Shown one piece after another: positions 52,474-63,093 of a DNA stretch of 64,000 bases. The stretch spans positions 1 through 64,000 of the forward strand of contig JBDOQK010000013.1 in the NCBI GenBank assembly GCA_040437565.1. Direction: 5' to 3'. Within the stretch, counting starts at the first letter, position 1. Every line of letters starts with the position of its first letter. Source of the DNA: Albugo candida. Lineage: Eukaryota. The translations under genes and the position numbers were made by a program. The notes below the pieces were generated by a model. It saw only the letters and a program-made list of their open reading frames with translations. It did not search any database and had not been told where the DNA came from.

Positions 52474-52597
52474 CCGAACTCACTTCGGAGTCAGCACTGA
52501 GTGCGCTTTCGTGTATGTATGTTTGTATGCAGTGGCTAAAAATCTTGATGAATATCTCGTGGCTGCTTTCGTACAAAAGCGAATTCATGATCCATTA
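52474..52597 (-). repeat. Dispersed inverted copy of a coding segment of the FHA-domain gene (61941-62063)
   Basis: About 123 bp with ~3 mismatches. Translates NSLLYESSHEIFIKIFSHCIQTYIHESALSADSEVSS versus NSLLYENSHEIFIKIFSHCIQRYIHESALSADSEVSS in the gene. Confidence 0.93.
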
Positions 52598-54147
52598 GTA
52601 ACGACTCCAAGATATCGACGATTCTGAAGCAGAATATCTGGACTGAGACTACGTATGCTGTTCATTCCATCTTAAATCAAACGGACGTAAAAATCAATTG
52701 CTAGAATATCTGCGTAGGTATATAAAATCTCGCCTGGTAGTGGAACAACGTGGGAGCCTTCTTCGCGAGCTCGGTCCTACTCATCCGTATTGCAGCGTCG
52801 ATGACAAACTTTTATCTTTCGTAGTAGAATGTTCTGTTGTCGTTCCTCGTATTTGCAGAAGAATATGCGTTTTGTAAGCCCCAAGACCGATATTAGCCAT
52901 GGTCCGACAGTGAGGTGAACAGCTTCATTGAGTGGTAGGGGACCGTTTTGCATACTTCTTGCTAAAATGTGATCAACACAGATAATGACTTGTGCTGTTC
53001 ATAGGAGTAGGATCAGAAAGCTTTCTTACACCAACTTATAATTGTATTTGAGAGCTATGCCAAAGTCATTTAGTAATTTCACGATATGGTATTGCTGATG
53101 GTGACTCGGAGCTATACGAGGGGCGTGTGGTGGATAATGGCGGTTAGAAGGAAACCAATCGGATCACCAACGTACATATTATCATTGTATTATGAACAGT
53201 ACGGTACACGTAGATGTGTGGTACACGTCAGTCCAACTCATTTCCTTTTTAGGGTTAGACTAACTAGTAGAGTGAACTTGGAAAAAATATATAGATACTT
53301 TTTGCTCTATATTGCTGCGTAGTGTTTCCGGATTATTCCAGCCCTTTGATCAAGGGCCTCAAGTAGTCCAGCCCGGAGACCACCACCACAGAGCTATATA
53401 TTTATCAGAAATCAAGTAACTCCGCCCTACGAGTACTGCAAAACATAAGCTTAATAGTGAATAATCTATGAGAAAATCAATAGCAAGGCCGAAAGAAATG
53501 ACTCAGCCAGTACGCAATTACAGTGAGCTCGAATTATAGTGAGGTAGATGAAATTCGGTTATCCGGACAGACATTGTAAGATATTCCTAGAATTGATTAC
53601 TTTGATGCTACAGCTGGATCAGAACCCAATGCTAGAAGTCATTACATGCTGTGTGCTTGATGAGCCGAACTAGAGGAGAATGGAATCATTCAAGACAAAG
53701 AGCTAAATTTGAGAAATCGATAAAGAAAAAATATTCAGAATGAGACCAAATCCAATGGAAGAACGAATGATCTCGAAAGGTAACCTCGGCATGAGCTGCT
53801 TGTGACAGAAATGGACAGTACCTAATTGCGTGCTCACAAACCAAGTGGATACTATAGATCATCTCGTGGGGACGTCAATGAATGAAATGTGTCTACTTGC
53901 AAAGTAACTCTACTCATTGTGAGAGTAGGGTGCCAATGCTTCCCTGACATCGGAGTGATAGCATTGTAACTTTATCCATCAACCATGCTTCATGTACACA
54001 GAAGAAGACATGTCAAAGTCTTCATCAAAGCATCTGAGTCGTAGAAGAGAGACTCAACACGCAAAATGTTGCAATAAAAAAAGTCAGGTATCTCCAAGCT
54101 GCAAGGACGACAGCGGAAGCGCTCAAATCGTTCGTAAATTGTTTAAT

Positions 54148-55472
54148 GGGGACCTATGGATTTAATACCACTTTTTTAAAAGTTAAAACAATATGGTTTA
54201 TATACCAAAGCGAATATTACACAGGCGAAATTGCAAAAATATGAAAAATACACCAAAAAGTCTGAACTTTATGTAAGAATATGAAGAAGATATTGTTTTA
54301 TCACTAGGAAAAGATTATTCCTTGCAGGTGCGCTTGTTGTGGCCGTAGTTACCGCATGTAGTGCACTTGTTGCTGCGCTTCTTCTTGAAAGCTTCTGTGG
54401 CAGCCTGAGACTCGATTCGCTTCGACTTCTTCGGCCGGCCACGCTTTTTTGACNNNNNNNNNNNNNNNNNNNNNNNNNNNNNNNNNNNNNNNNNNNNNNN
54501 NNNNNNNNNNNNNNNNNNNNNNNNNNNNNNNNNNNNNNNNNNNNNNNNNNNNNTGTGGCCGTAGTTACCGCATGTAGTGCACTTGTTGCTGCGCTTCTTC
54601 TTGAAAGCTTCTGTGGCAGCCTGAGACTCGATTCGCTTCGACTTCTTCGGCCGGCCACGCTTTTTTGACACCGTGAGTGGGTGATGCTTTTCTAAACGCG
54701 TCATTTCATCCATCGTCACGCATGGATTCATGAACTGACACTGCGTGCGATCTTCATCGAAGAGTTGCGCTTTGAGTCGGATGCAGGCGTCGACACAAGT
54801 CTGGTACGTCAATCGACGCCCTTCAGCCGTCAATTTTTTCTGCATCTCAGCTGGACTGGCGTCACGACCTTTATCAAGGACGAACTGGCGGGCGGAATCA
54901 AGGAAAGCGACGTATGAAGACTTGCTTCCACGACTCGCTTCATATGAAGCCAAGTCAACCCTCGTAGCGTCGCATGTATGCGGCACAAACGTATGAGGCG
55001 GCTCAAATCCCCTACCATACGCAAAAGCGACCGTGAAGCTGCAATTTGGATCAACACACAACACCTTGTAGCGTCTGTTGTCGCTCGATATGACACGAAA
55101 CGCCCGTCCAACGTTTTCGTTGTATTCAATAATTGAACGTGATATGTCGTTGCGACTGGCGTAGTCGCGTGAGTAAAAATATGCACGCCCGTCTGCCCAG
55201 TCCCCTGGCGAACAGCCGTCACTTGACTCTTGTGTCTCACCAACGTAGCCGTCGCTGCCGTTAGTCGCCATAGTCGCCAGATGTGAAAATTCTAACGATA
55301 TGGCACTCAAGAATGTGGAAACTTTAGACTTTTTGGTACATTTTTCATAATTTTACATGAACTTAAGACTTTTTGGTGTATTTTTCATATCTTTGCAATT
55401 CGCCCGTGTAATATTCGTTTTGGTATATGAATCATGCGATTTGAAAAAGTGGACTAAAATCCCCATGTCCCC
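54148..55472 (-). mobile_element. Mutator-like (MULE) DNA transposon, internally deleted
   Basis: Long imperfect TIRs (GGGGACCTATGGATTT... from 54148; ...AAATCCCCATGTCCCC ending at 55472; ~130 bp). 9-bp TSD with one mismatch: TTGTTTAAT (54139-54147) and TTGCTTAAT (55473-55481). Confidence 0.9.
54315..55271 (-). CDS. Truncated MULE transposase: MuDR-type Zn-finger DNA-binding domain fused to a C-terminal zinc knuckle
   Basis: FRVISSDNRRYKVLCVDPNCSFTV..HTFVPHTC, then KKRGRPKKSKRIES...KCTTCGNYGHNKRTC. No room for the DDE or SWIM domains. 54338-54453 duplicates 54554-54669 across a gap. Confidence 0.82.
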   Translation of the reverse strand: MATNGSDGYVGETQESSDGCSPGDWADGRAYFYSRDYASRNDISRSIIEYNENVGRAFRVISSDNRRYKVLCVDPNCSFTVAFAYGRGFEPPHTFVPHTCDATRVDLASYEASRGSKSSYVAFLDSARQFVLDKGRDASPAEMQKKLTAEGRRLTYQTCVDACIRLKAQLFDEDRTQCQFMNPCVTMDEMTRLEKHHPLTVSKKRGRPKKSKRIESQAATEAFKKKRSNKCTTCGNYGHXXXXXXXXXXXXXXXXXXXXXXXXXXXXXXXXXXSKKRGRPKKSKRIESQAATEAFKKKRSNKCTTCGNYGHNKRTCKE

Positions 55473-57380
55473 TTGCTTAATCATTCTAGTGTACAAGCAT
55501 CTACCCCAGCTTGCCTTCCAGCTAGCGAATATTTCAATCTGGTGAGAGAATCCCAATTTATGTAGCTCGTGTTTTTAATGCAAGCACGACCGCTTTAAGC
55601 AATGACATGCTACTGGAACTACCGTTTCCAAATTAGAAATGATCGAGAAAAAGCATTACTGTTTTATGAAATGGCGTTGCAAATGTATTTCAGTCGCCTC
55701 ATCGACGGTGTATTCAATTTGTATAGGGTCCTTAGCTAATTAATTCGGAGTAGAGATATTGCGCTTAGATGTAGCTCCAACTCTCAAGCTCTCCACTCAA
55801 AAGCGTTGCTGACGAGTTTGATTGCAGGATGTTACATTACTGAAACGGGTCGAGTGCTACAAAGACGGTGCGATACTCTGGTAAGCGAGGCTACGTTCGT
55901 TAAGCTATTCACCTACTTCTTGCGAAGCATCTGCACCTGATGCTCCTTTAAAATTCTTTCCATTCATCCTGCTCCTCACTTTTTCGTTCTAAGCTTTAAG
56001 CGCCATTTTCATAATCCAGAGGTGCTGGCATATTCGGGCTTGGTCCGTGAAATATCTTCGTCTTACAATCAACACTTCATCATACGGTTCAATGATTCTA
56101 CGATGATCGCTCCTTCGAAAAAAACGAAAAAGTGGTCACGAGTAGATCTTCCTTGGTCGGTGTAGAGTTAGGGATCTAGATGTGATGGAATTCGAACTGT
56201 AATCAATCTTGGTAATACTGAACAGTGTTGGGATGATGCCAAAACTCTGACTTTCGAAGATAATTTTGGAATGTGTTAGTGTCCATAATTTATCAAAATC
56301 TACATATTTTACCTCGTTCTTGTCCATCGACACGCTTCTCATCGCGCACGACTTGCTCAAAAAATCGCTGCATCCTGGCAATTATATAATCTCAAATTTC
56401 TGCATGAAACGAACTCCGCGAACAGCTGAAAACAAACTTGGACTTTCCCAAGTTTTGGCAACATGTCAATCGCTTTTTTCGATTTGAGAGGTGATCGTCG
56501 AAAATGCTTGTTAGTTAAGGGATTCAGAAACAATAGATTTCAACAACCATTTACTCGCAGAATACTCATTTATGCCTTCGGACTCACTGAAAAAAATCAT
56601 GCAGAGTTTGATCTGGCATTAGCGAGAGCGCTATCATCCACGCCAGGACATTCGCTTCTACACTAGATTTACAATTGCATTTTGCTAAAATCCGATTTGT
56701 TGGCATATTGGTTTCGAGCAAGGCTGTTCGGTCTAAATATGTGCTCTGGGGATGCAAATCCCCACAAACCTCACATTGAGGACTAGCTGGGTATATCAAA
56801 TTCCCTAGAGAAAGCTCTCAATGCCTAAACACGAAAGAACAGACTGCTTGCACCCAGAAAGATGTGTTACGCGCAGCAACAGCCAAGAAGCCAAACTGGG
56901 TTACACGCAAAGCTGCTTCCCAAGCCACCGTTGGACTTGCACGATCATTTGACTGCTGCAAACAATTCTGAAGCGATGTACTTGTACATATCCCCGGGAT
57001 GGGTGTAAGAAGACGGTGACTTGCTGCTATCGAGTCCATCTCTACGGCTCCTCGGATTACAATCTTTACAAAATGTCTCAATACCTCATACAACTCGGGA
57101 GCAGATAGTTTACTCTGCATTCCGATACATCGCGGGTATCATTTGTCAAAGATGTAGAGGACCTTATAGTGAATATGTGCAGCTTCCATGCGTCTATTTC
57201 CTCCTGTTGAAGCCGCGTGTAAATACCTGTTATTGCATCATGCGACGTTCGCTTTGACAAATTCGTTCAGCGTCAAGTACTTCCTTGATCGCCAATATCG
57301 ACGCATAAAGTCTCAGTATGGCATCAATCAATCTCACAACTCAAGATTTTGTCACTTTTTACCAATCAAATAGATACCGC

Positions 57381-59525
57381 ATGAGCACGCTCGTGACAGT
57401 AGCAACGTGCAATCTCAATCAATGGGCTCTTGATTTTGATGGTAATCTACAACGCATTATCAGCTCAATCCAGCAAGCAAAATGTAAAGGAGCAACGTAT
57501 CGAGTGGGTCCTGAGCTGGAAGTATGTGGCTACGGCTGCGAAGATCATTTTCTCGAACAAGACACTTTTTATCACTGCTGGGAATCGATCGAAGAAATTC
57601 TTCAAGCAGATACTACAGATGGTATTTTGTGTGATATTGGCATACCAATCATGCATAACGGCGTCCGCTACAATTGTCGTCTATTTTGCCTTGATCGCCG
57701 AGTTTTGTTTATTCGACCAAAGTTATATCTTGCGGATGATGGCAATTATCGAGAAAATCGGTATTTCACAACGTGGAAAATCAAAGAGCGGTCTCAAGAG
57801 CGCAATGTCCAACAGTTTGTATTGCCTCCGAGCATTCAAAAAGTCACGAGACAGCGGTCGGTTCCCTTCGGCTATGCAGCCCTATCATTCACAGACACAA
57901 TTTGTGCCTCAGAAACATGTGAAGAACTCTTCACACCAGACAGCCCGAGCATCAAACTAACACTAAGTGGAGTCGAAATAATCGGAAATGGATCTGGGTC
58001 ACATCACCAGCTGCGTAAGCTGCATCAGCGAATCGATCTGATCCGAGATGCGACCACAAAAAGCGGTGGTATATATCTTTACGCAAATCAAAAAGGATGT
58101 GATGGCGGTCGGTTGTACTATGATGGTTGTGCTCTCATCGTAGTGAATGGATGCGTTGTTGCTCAAGGAACTCAATTCTCTGTGAAAGAGGTAGAAGTAA
58201 TTACGGCAACAGTGGATTTGGATGATGTTCGATCGTATCGTGGTTCTATCAGTAGCCGAAGCGATCAAGCCAGTGCCCTGGAATTATCGATTCCAAAGAT
58301 TGACGTGGATTTCAGGCTATGTCATGCAAACGAAGATATACACATCAACCCGACCCTACCAGTTGAAATCCGCTATCACACGATCGAAGAAGAAATTGCT
58401 TATGGACCTGCATGCTGGCTATGGGACTATCTTCGAAGGTCTGGGGCAGCTGGTTTCTTTTTGCCGCTTTCAGGCGGAGCCGATAGTTCCTCTGTCGCCT
58501 GTATCGTTGGCATCATGTGCCATTTAGTGACGAAAACTGCAAATGATGGTGACACTTGTGTAATGCAGGACGTGCAGCGTATCATGGGTACCGGCACGGA
58601 GTCATACATTTCCGTCGAGCCGAACGTACTTGCTTCTCAAATTTTACACACCACGTATATGGGTACCAAGAATAGTTCAAAGATCACCAAACAACGAGCC
58701 AAGTTACTTGCGGATGAAATCGGCTCGTACCATCTCCATGTAGAGATCGACTCGATTGTCGAAGCAGTTATCTCTGTATTCGATTTTCTAACAAATAGAA
58801 CACCTCGCTACGTCTCGCAAGGAGGTACCATTCAAGAGGATCTAGCGCTTCAAAATATTCAGGCTCGCTTGCGAATGGTGATGAGCTATCTCTTGGCTCA
58901 ACTGTTACCATGGGTCCGTGCCAAGCATGGGTTCCTTCTTGTCCTGAGTTCGGCCAATGTTGATGAGGCACTTCGTGGATACATGACCAAGTATGATTGT
59001 AGCAGCGGTGATCTCAATCCAGTTGGAGCAATTTCAAAGTGCGATTTGAAGAAATTACTTATATGGGCCGCAGTACGTTATAACTATCCATCACTGCAAA
59101 AAGTTGTCGAAGCTCCGCCGACGGCGGAGTTGCGCCCAATTGCAAACAACATCAGTGAGGCAGCTGCCAATGCAGTTTCCCATTCACAGCTGGATGAAGC
59201 GGACATGGGCATGTCATATGAGGAGCTTAGCTGGTTCGGTCGAATCCGTAAAGTGCACCGATGTGGACCATTCTGGATGTTCAAGAAACTGGTGCTCGTG
59301 TGGAATCATCTTACACCTACAATCGTAGCTGAAAAGGTCAAGCGCTTTGTCTATTTCTATTCAGTCAATCGTCACAAAATGACGACGTTGACACCTTCGT
59401 ATCATGCAGAGAGCTATTCCCCCGATGACAATCGATTTGATCTCCGTCCATTTCTGTACCCAGCGCAATGGACACGTCAATTTCGTGATATCGACACATT
59501 GGCAGAAAAGCTTGAGAAGAAATGA
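57381..59525 (+). CDS. NADSYN1: Glutamine-dependent NAD(+) synthetase, intronless
   Basis: VATCNLNQWALDFDGN, GPELEVCGYGCEDHF, ETCEELF, GSGSHH, FFLPLSGGADSS, ALQNIQARLRMV, LRGYMTKYDCSS, PTAELRP and DEADMGMSY. The ORF opens at 57318, but the ATG at 57381 matches the usual family start. Confidence 0.98.
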   Translation: MSTLVTVATCNLNQWALDFDGNLQRIISSIQQAKCKGATYRVGPELEVCGYGCEDHFLEQDTFYHCWESIEEILQADTTDGILCDIGIPIMHNGVRYNCRLFCLDRRVLFIRPKLYLADDGNYRENRYFTTWKIKERSQERNVQQFVLPPSIQKVTRQRSVPFGYAALSFTDTICASETCEELFTPDSPSIKLTLSGVEIIGNGSGSHHQLRKLHQRIDLIRDATTKSGGIYLYANQKGCDGGRLYYDGCALIVVNGCVVAQGTQFSVKEVEVITATVDLDDVRSYRGSISSRSDQASALELSIPKIDVDFRLCHANEDIHINPTLPVEIRYHTIEEEIAYGPACWLWDYLRRSGAAGFFLPLSGGADSSSVACIVGIMCHLVTKTANDGDTCVMQDVQRIMGTGTESYISVEPNVLASQILHTTYMGTKNSSKITKQRAKLLADEIGSYHLHVEIDSIVEAVISVFDFLTNRTPRYVSQGGTIQEDLALQNIQARLRMVMSYLLAQLLPWVRAKHGFLLVLSSANVDEALRGYMTKYDCSSGDLNPVGAISKCDLKKLLIWAAVRYNYPSLQKVVEAPPTAELRPIANNISEAAANAVSHSQLDEADMGMSYEELSWFGRIRKVHRCGPFWMFKKLVLVWNHLTPTIVAEKVKRFVYFYSVNRHKMTTLTPSYHAESYSPDDNRFDLRPFLYPAQWTRQFRDIDTLAEKLEKK

Positions 59526-59747
59526 TGCCCAATTCAGCTGTCGAACTTAAGTAGAAAAGTCGAGAGCTGCGGTATATAAAGTGTCGCTATTTGCCGTAGG
59601 TCCTATACATCAAGGAGCACAGTCAATACATCACTATCCCTTTTAATTGTCTGACGATATCAATCAATTTGAACGGTCGATCTACTTGATCTTACCAATT
59701 GTGGCGACCATCAGAATATCGCTTCTATTTGTGAAATTCTATATGCA

Positions 59748-62747
59748 ATGACAATGTTTATACGTCCGCATCACGAAACAGAAAAAGAGAACACAGACGC
59801 TCCAATCGAATGTGCAGAGCCATCTGATAAATGTAGCAGTAGAACCGAGAATGTGGAGCTTTCTTCCTCCGAATCTCGTACGAAAGATGGAATTTCAGAT
59901 CGATCACCTTCCGCTCCATTGACACGAGCGACGTTTTTATGTCTGGCAACGGCTGATTTCCGTCCCCCGGAATGGGCGTGTGAGCCATTAGAGGGCAATG
60001 AGCACGCACGCTTAGAAGCTTTCCGAGATTCCAGGCATTGTGCGACTTATATGATTGCGACAAAGCGCGTCTGCTATTTTGGACGTGATCAAGAGCATTG
60101 TGACCATGTTTTGGGGAACCCGTCAATCTCACGCAAACACGCAGCCTTCATACACGACGATGCTGGTGGAATTTATGTAAGACAATAAGTATCGTAGCTT
60201 TATGGCTGAGGCTTGATCTGAAAGAAAATATACTTAGATTGTGGATCTTATGTCTCGTCATGGAACATTTGTCGGAAGGAAACAAGTCACTCCACACGAT
60301 CCTCTTTTGCTGCATGGTAGTCTTCTTTTTTTGGTACTAGATGCTTGTGTCGATTGCTAACAATATCTCTGCGGTGATAGATGGCGATACAATCAAATTT
60401 GGTCAGAGTGTGCGCGTGTATGTACTGCGCGGTGTGAGTGCCGATGGAAATAGCGCACCTCTGAAAAAGACGTGGCCACGAGTGAAATTGAAGGCTCCAA
60501 GTGTTAGCAACATTATTCCCAAGTTGCCAACACGACCAAAGTATCGTGCAAGTGTCACCAAGCTGATCAATACAAGCTGCTACGCTACAATCACCGACGA
60601 TAAGCTAGAGGAATACTGCAAATGTGTGCAAGATTTCAATGACGAAGAGCGGAAAGAGTTTGCAGACTTTCTCGTTGATAAATTTGAAGCACGATATGAG
60701 TTTTATGCGACACAGGTCAGAAATTCACTAAACGAATTTGGAAGAATGCTTATAGGAATTCCTTCAGGTTCATCGAAATGCATTCATGCTTATAGTGGAT
60801 TTGTTGAAACGAAATATATGTGTCGACGATTTCGAAACAAACCTTACAAAAATAACACAGCTATCGCAGCAGCGTAATGACAGCATATACCGTGCTGATG
60901 CTCGCAAGGTGAGATTCGATACATAGCCAGTTTGCTCGCTTTGGCCTAAAGTGTCTTTGGTAGTTACTACAAATGATGGCTGCGGTCCGACTTGAACCCA
61001 TAGCTCCTGTTTCTCCCAATTGCTCTATACATCGTGACCAAGACACTGACTCGGCAGACTCTGAAGTTGAAGACACGGAAGTTGCTGCACCGACTCGTGA
61101 GCGAGTACTTAGCGACGAAGGCCGCAAATTATTCCTTGCAGGTCACGAAGCACAAAATTCAGAGTATCGGCCTCCCGATATGGGTATGCCTAAATCACAG
61201 AGTAGGACTGCGAAGCAAGAAATCACACCTTTAGAGCCCGAAGTGGATCAAGACACTCGCTTTACGTGGGAGCAAGAAGCTCCATGTGGAAGCCAATCAG
61301 GCGCACAAGAAACCTCTGGCTTCAGCTTTATGTCAGACAGTCAGACCATCAGTCACGATGAGGACGCACCAGATGGAAGAACAACTTCAGCTTTTGGATT
61401 TTTGCAAGAGACAAGCACACCGAACGTAAAGGACGCTAGATCCGCAACAACACCAGGACATGAGGGCTTGGAGGAAGGAGATAGTCCTTCCCCAGCGGAA
61501 GGATCCAGATATAGGCGACCACCACCACTACCTGCGGTTCTACGTGATGAGTTGCTGACGGATACACAAAAGCTGGACGATGATTTGTTTGAAGAAATGT
61601 GGCATTCGACATGCGAACTGTACGCCCTAAAGCTAATGATTGCGTGAAATGAGCTGATGCGATGATCTTTGTATAGCAAAGAGTGGTCTTCAGCCCTCCC
61701 AGGAGATTTCGATCCCATTCGTCTTGAAGCAATTTTTCAAATCGCGCATATCAATATCAATTCCAAACGTCGAATTGGAGGTCAAGAACAATGGCTTCTT
61801 CAAGCAGAACAGGTACGCAGATCGATGGTACAAGGCCAATGGAAATTTATATCGTCAATTTCACTAGCGTCATGATGGAACTCTGTTCTTAGTGGAGCTA
61901 ATGCTTATACCTAGCTTACAAGAATTGTGCGCAACATTCAAATGGATCGTGAATTCGCTTTTGTACGAAAACAGCCACGAGATATTCATCAAGATTTTTA
62001 GCCACTGCATACAAAGATACATACACGAAAGCGCACTCAGTGCTGACTCCGAAGTGAGTTCGGTGTCGAGTGGTGGACATCCATATGGTCTCAATGACTG
62101 CGCCAGTACCAAAAGCCATCGCGAAACAGAGGTCGTCTCTGTAGACACGTTGACACATGATCAAGTAGTGGTACATGACGACTCCAATGAAGAAGATGAT
62201 CTCATCGAACTTTTTGAAATTCGCAATTTACTGGTTGACGAACCGAGTATTGAACCATCTCATTTTGAACAAGCATGGGTGAACGGCTCTACGATGTATG
62301 AGGCTTTCATCACTTGTGTTGTAAACGACGTTTAATCGTTCTTGCATTGCGTAGTGGAACTATCGGTTATGAAATCAATGTCGTTCCGACAAAGGAGCAC
62401 ATCATCCGTATCATGAAGGACAATGCGCTTAGCTGCCTTGCAAGTGGATGTGTAGATGGAGCATACAAGTTTTATTTCTATTCTGAATCGGTGAGTAGCG
62501 TTACGCCATTTCTTCGCTGTACATGGCCTCATATCCGGATCTCTAATTGTAGCGAGAATTAAAGAGCGCTTTTTGTGTCGAGTTGTTCCTTGACAGCAAC
62601 ACCGCACAAGTGCACAGCACGATGAAGCGATTCAGCGTACAGGAATCGGCCATCTCGGACGAGCTGTCACAGGAACAAGTGGATGCCAGTTTTATTTGCC
62701 ACATGGAAGAAATTTTGATGCAAAATCTGGATATTGTGCGAGTGTGA
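59748..62747 (+). CDS. Multi-exon protein: FHA domain, helical domain, disordered linker and two adaptin-appendage (platform)-like domains
   Basis: FHA: YFGRDQEHCDHVLGNPSISRKHAAF..IVDLMSRHGTFVG..DGDTIKFGQSVRVYVL. C-terminal repeats DDDLFEEMW...LFLVELML...ATFK and IEPSHFEQAW...LSCLASGCVDGAYKFYFYSE..LFCVELFL. Stop at 62745-62747. The domain names beyond FHA are by-eye inference. Confidence 0.8.
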
Positions 62748-63093
62748 CCGAACGGCAAACATCCGATGCAAAAATCCAATATCCACACGCTGACAGAAGC
62801 GAATGAAAATGTCATTACATCGCAGCGTTCCTTGTCAATGGACAAAACAAAGAGCTACAGAATACGGTATAGATCATCCTTAAATGGATGACACCTTCGT
62901 GAATTGTGCATTTAAACGAATTTTGGATGACAGGACACCTGCGTCTGTTGCATAGAATCTTAACCAACCATTAATCTTATTCCCTCTGATCTTCATTACT
63001 CGACATATCCAAAATTCTGCAGCAGTCACTGAGTAAACTCCGCTGTACAAAACCGATCTTTTTTGACTTTTGAGCTCTCTCGTCATTAACTCT

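Noticed and set aside
54338-54669. Tandem double zinc knuckle in the MULE ORF
   Set aside because: Gap-flanking duplication; one knuckle after collapsing.
55480-57300. 1.8-kb region with scattered short ORFs, possible pseudogene or TE remnant
   Set aside because: I could not recognise any domain motif, repeat or terminal structure by eye; it needs a BLASTx search.
57381-59525. Intronless NAD synthetase as a bacterial horizontal transfer
   Set aside because: The motifs (NQWALDF, GYGCEDHF, TKYDCSS) are the eukaryotic QNS1/NADSYN1 type, and intronless genes are common in oomycetes.
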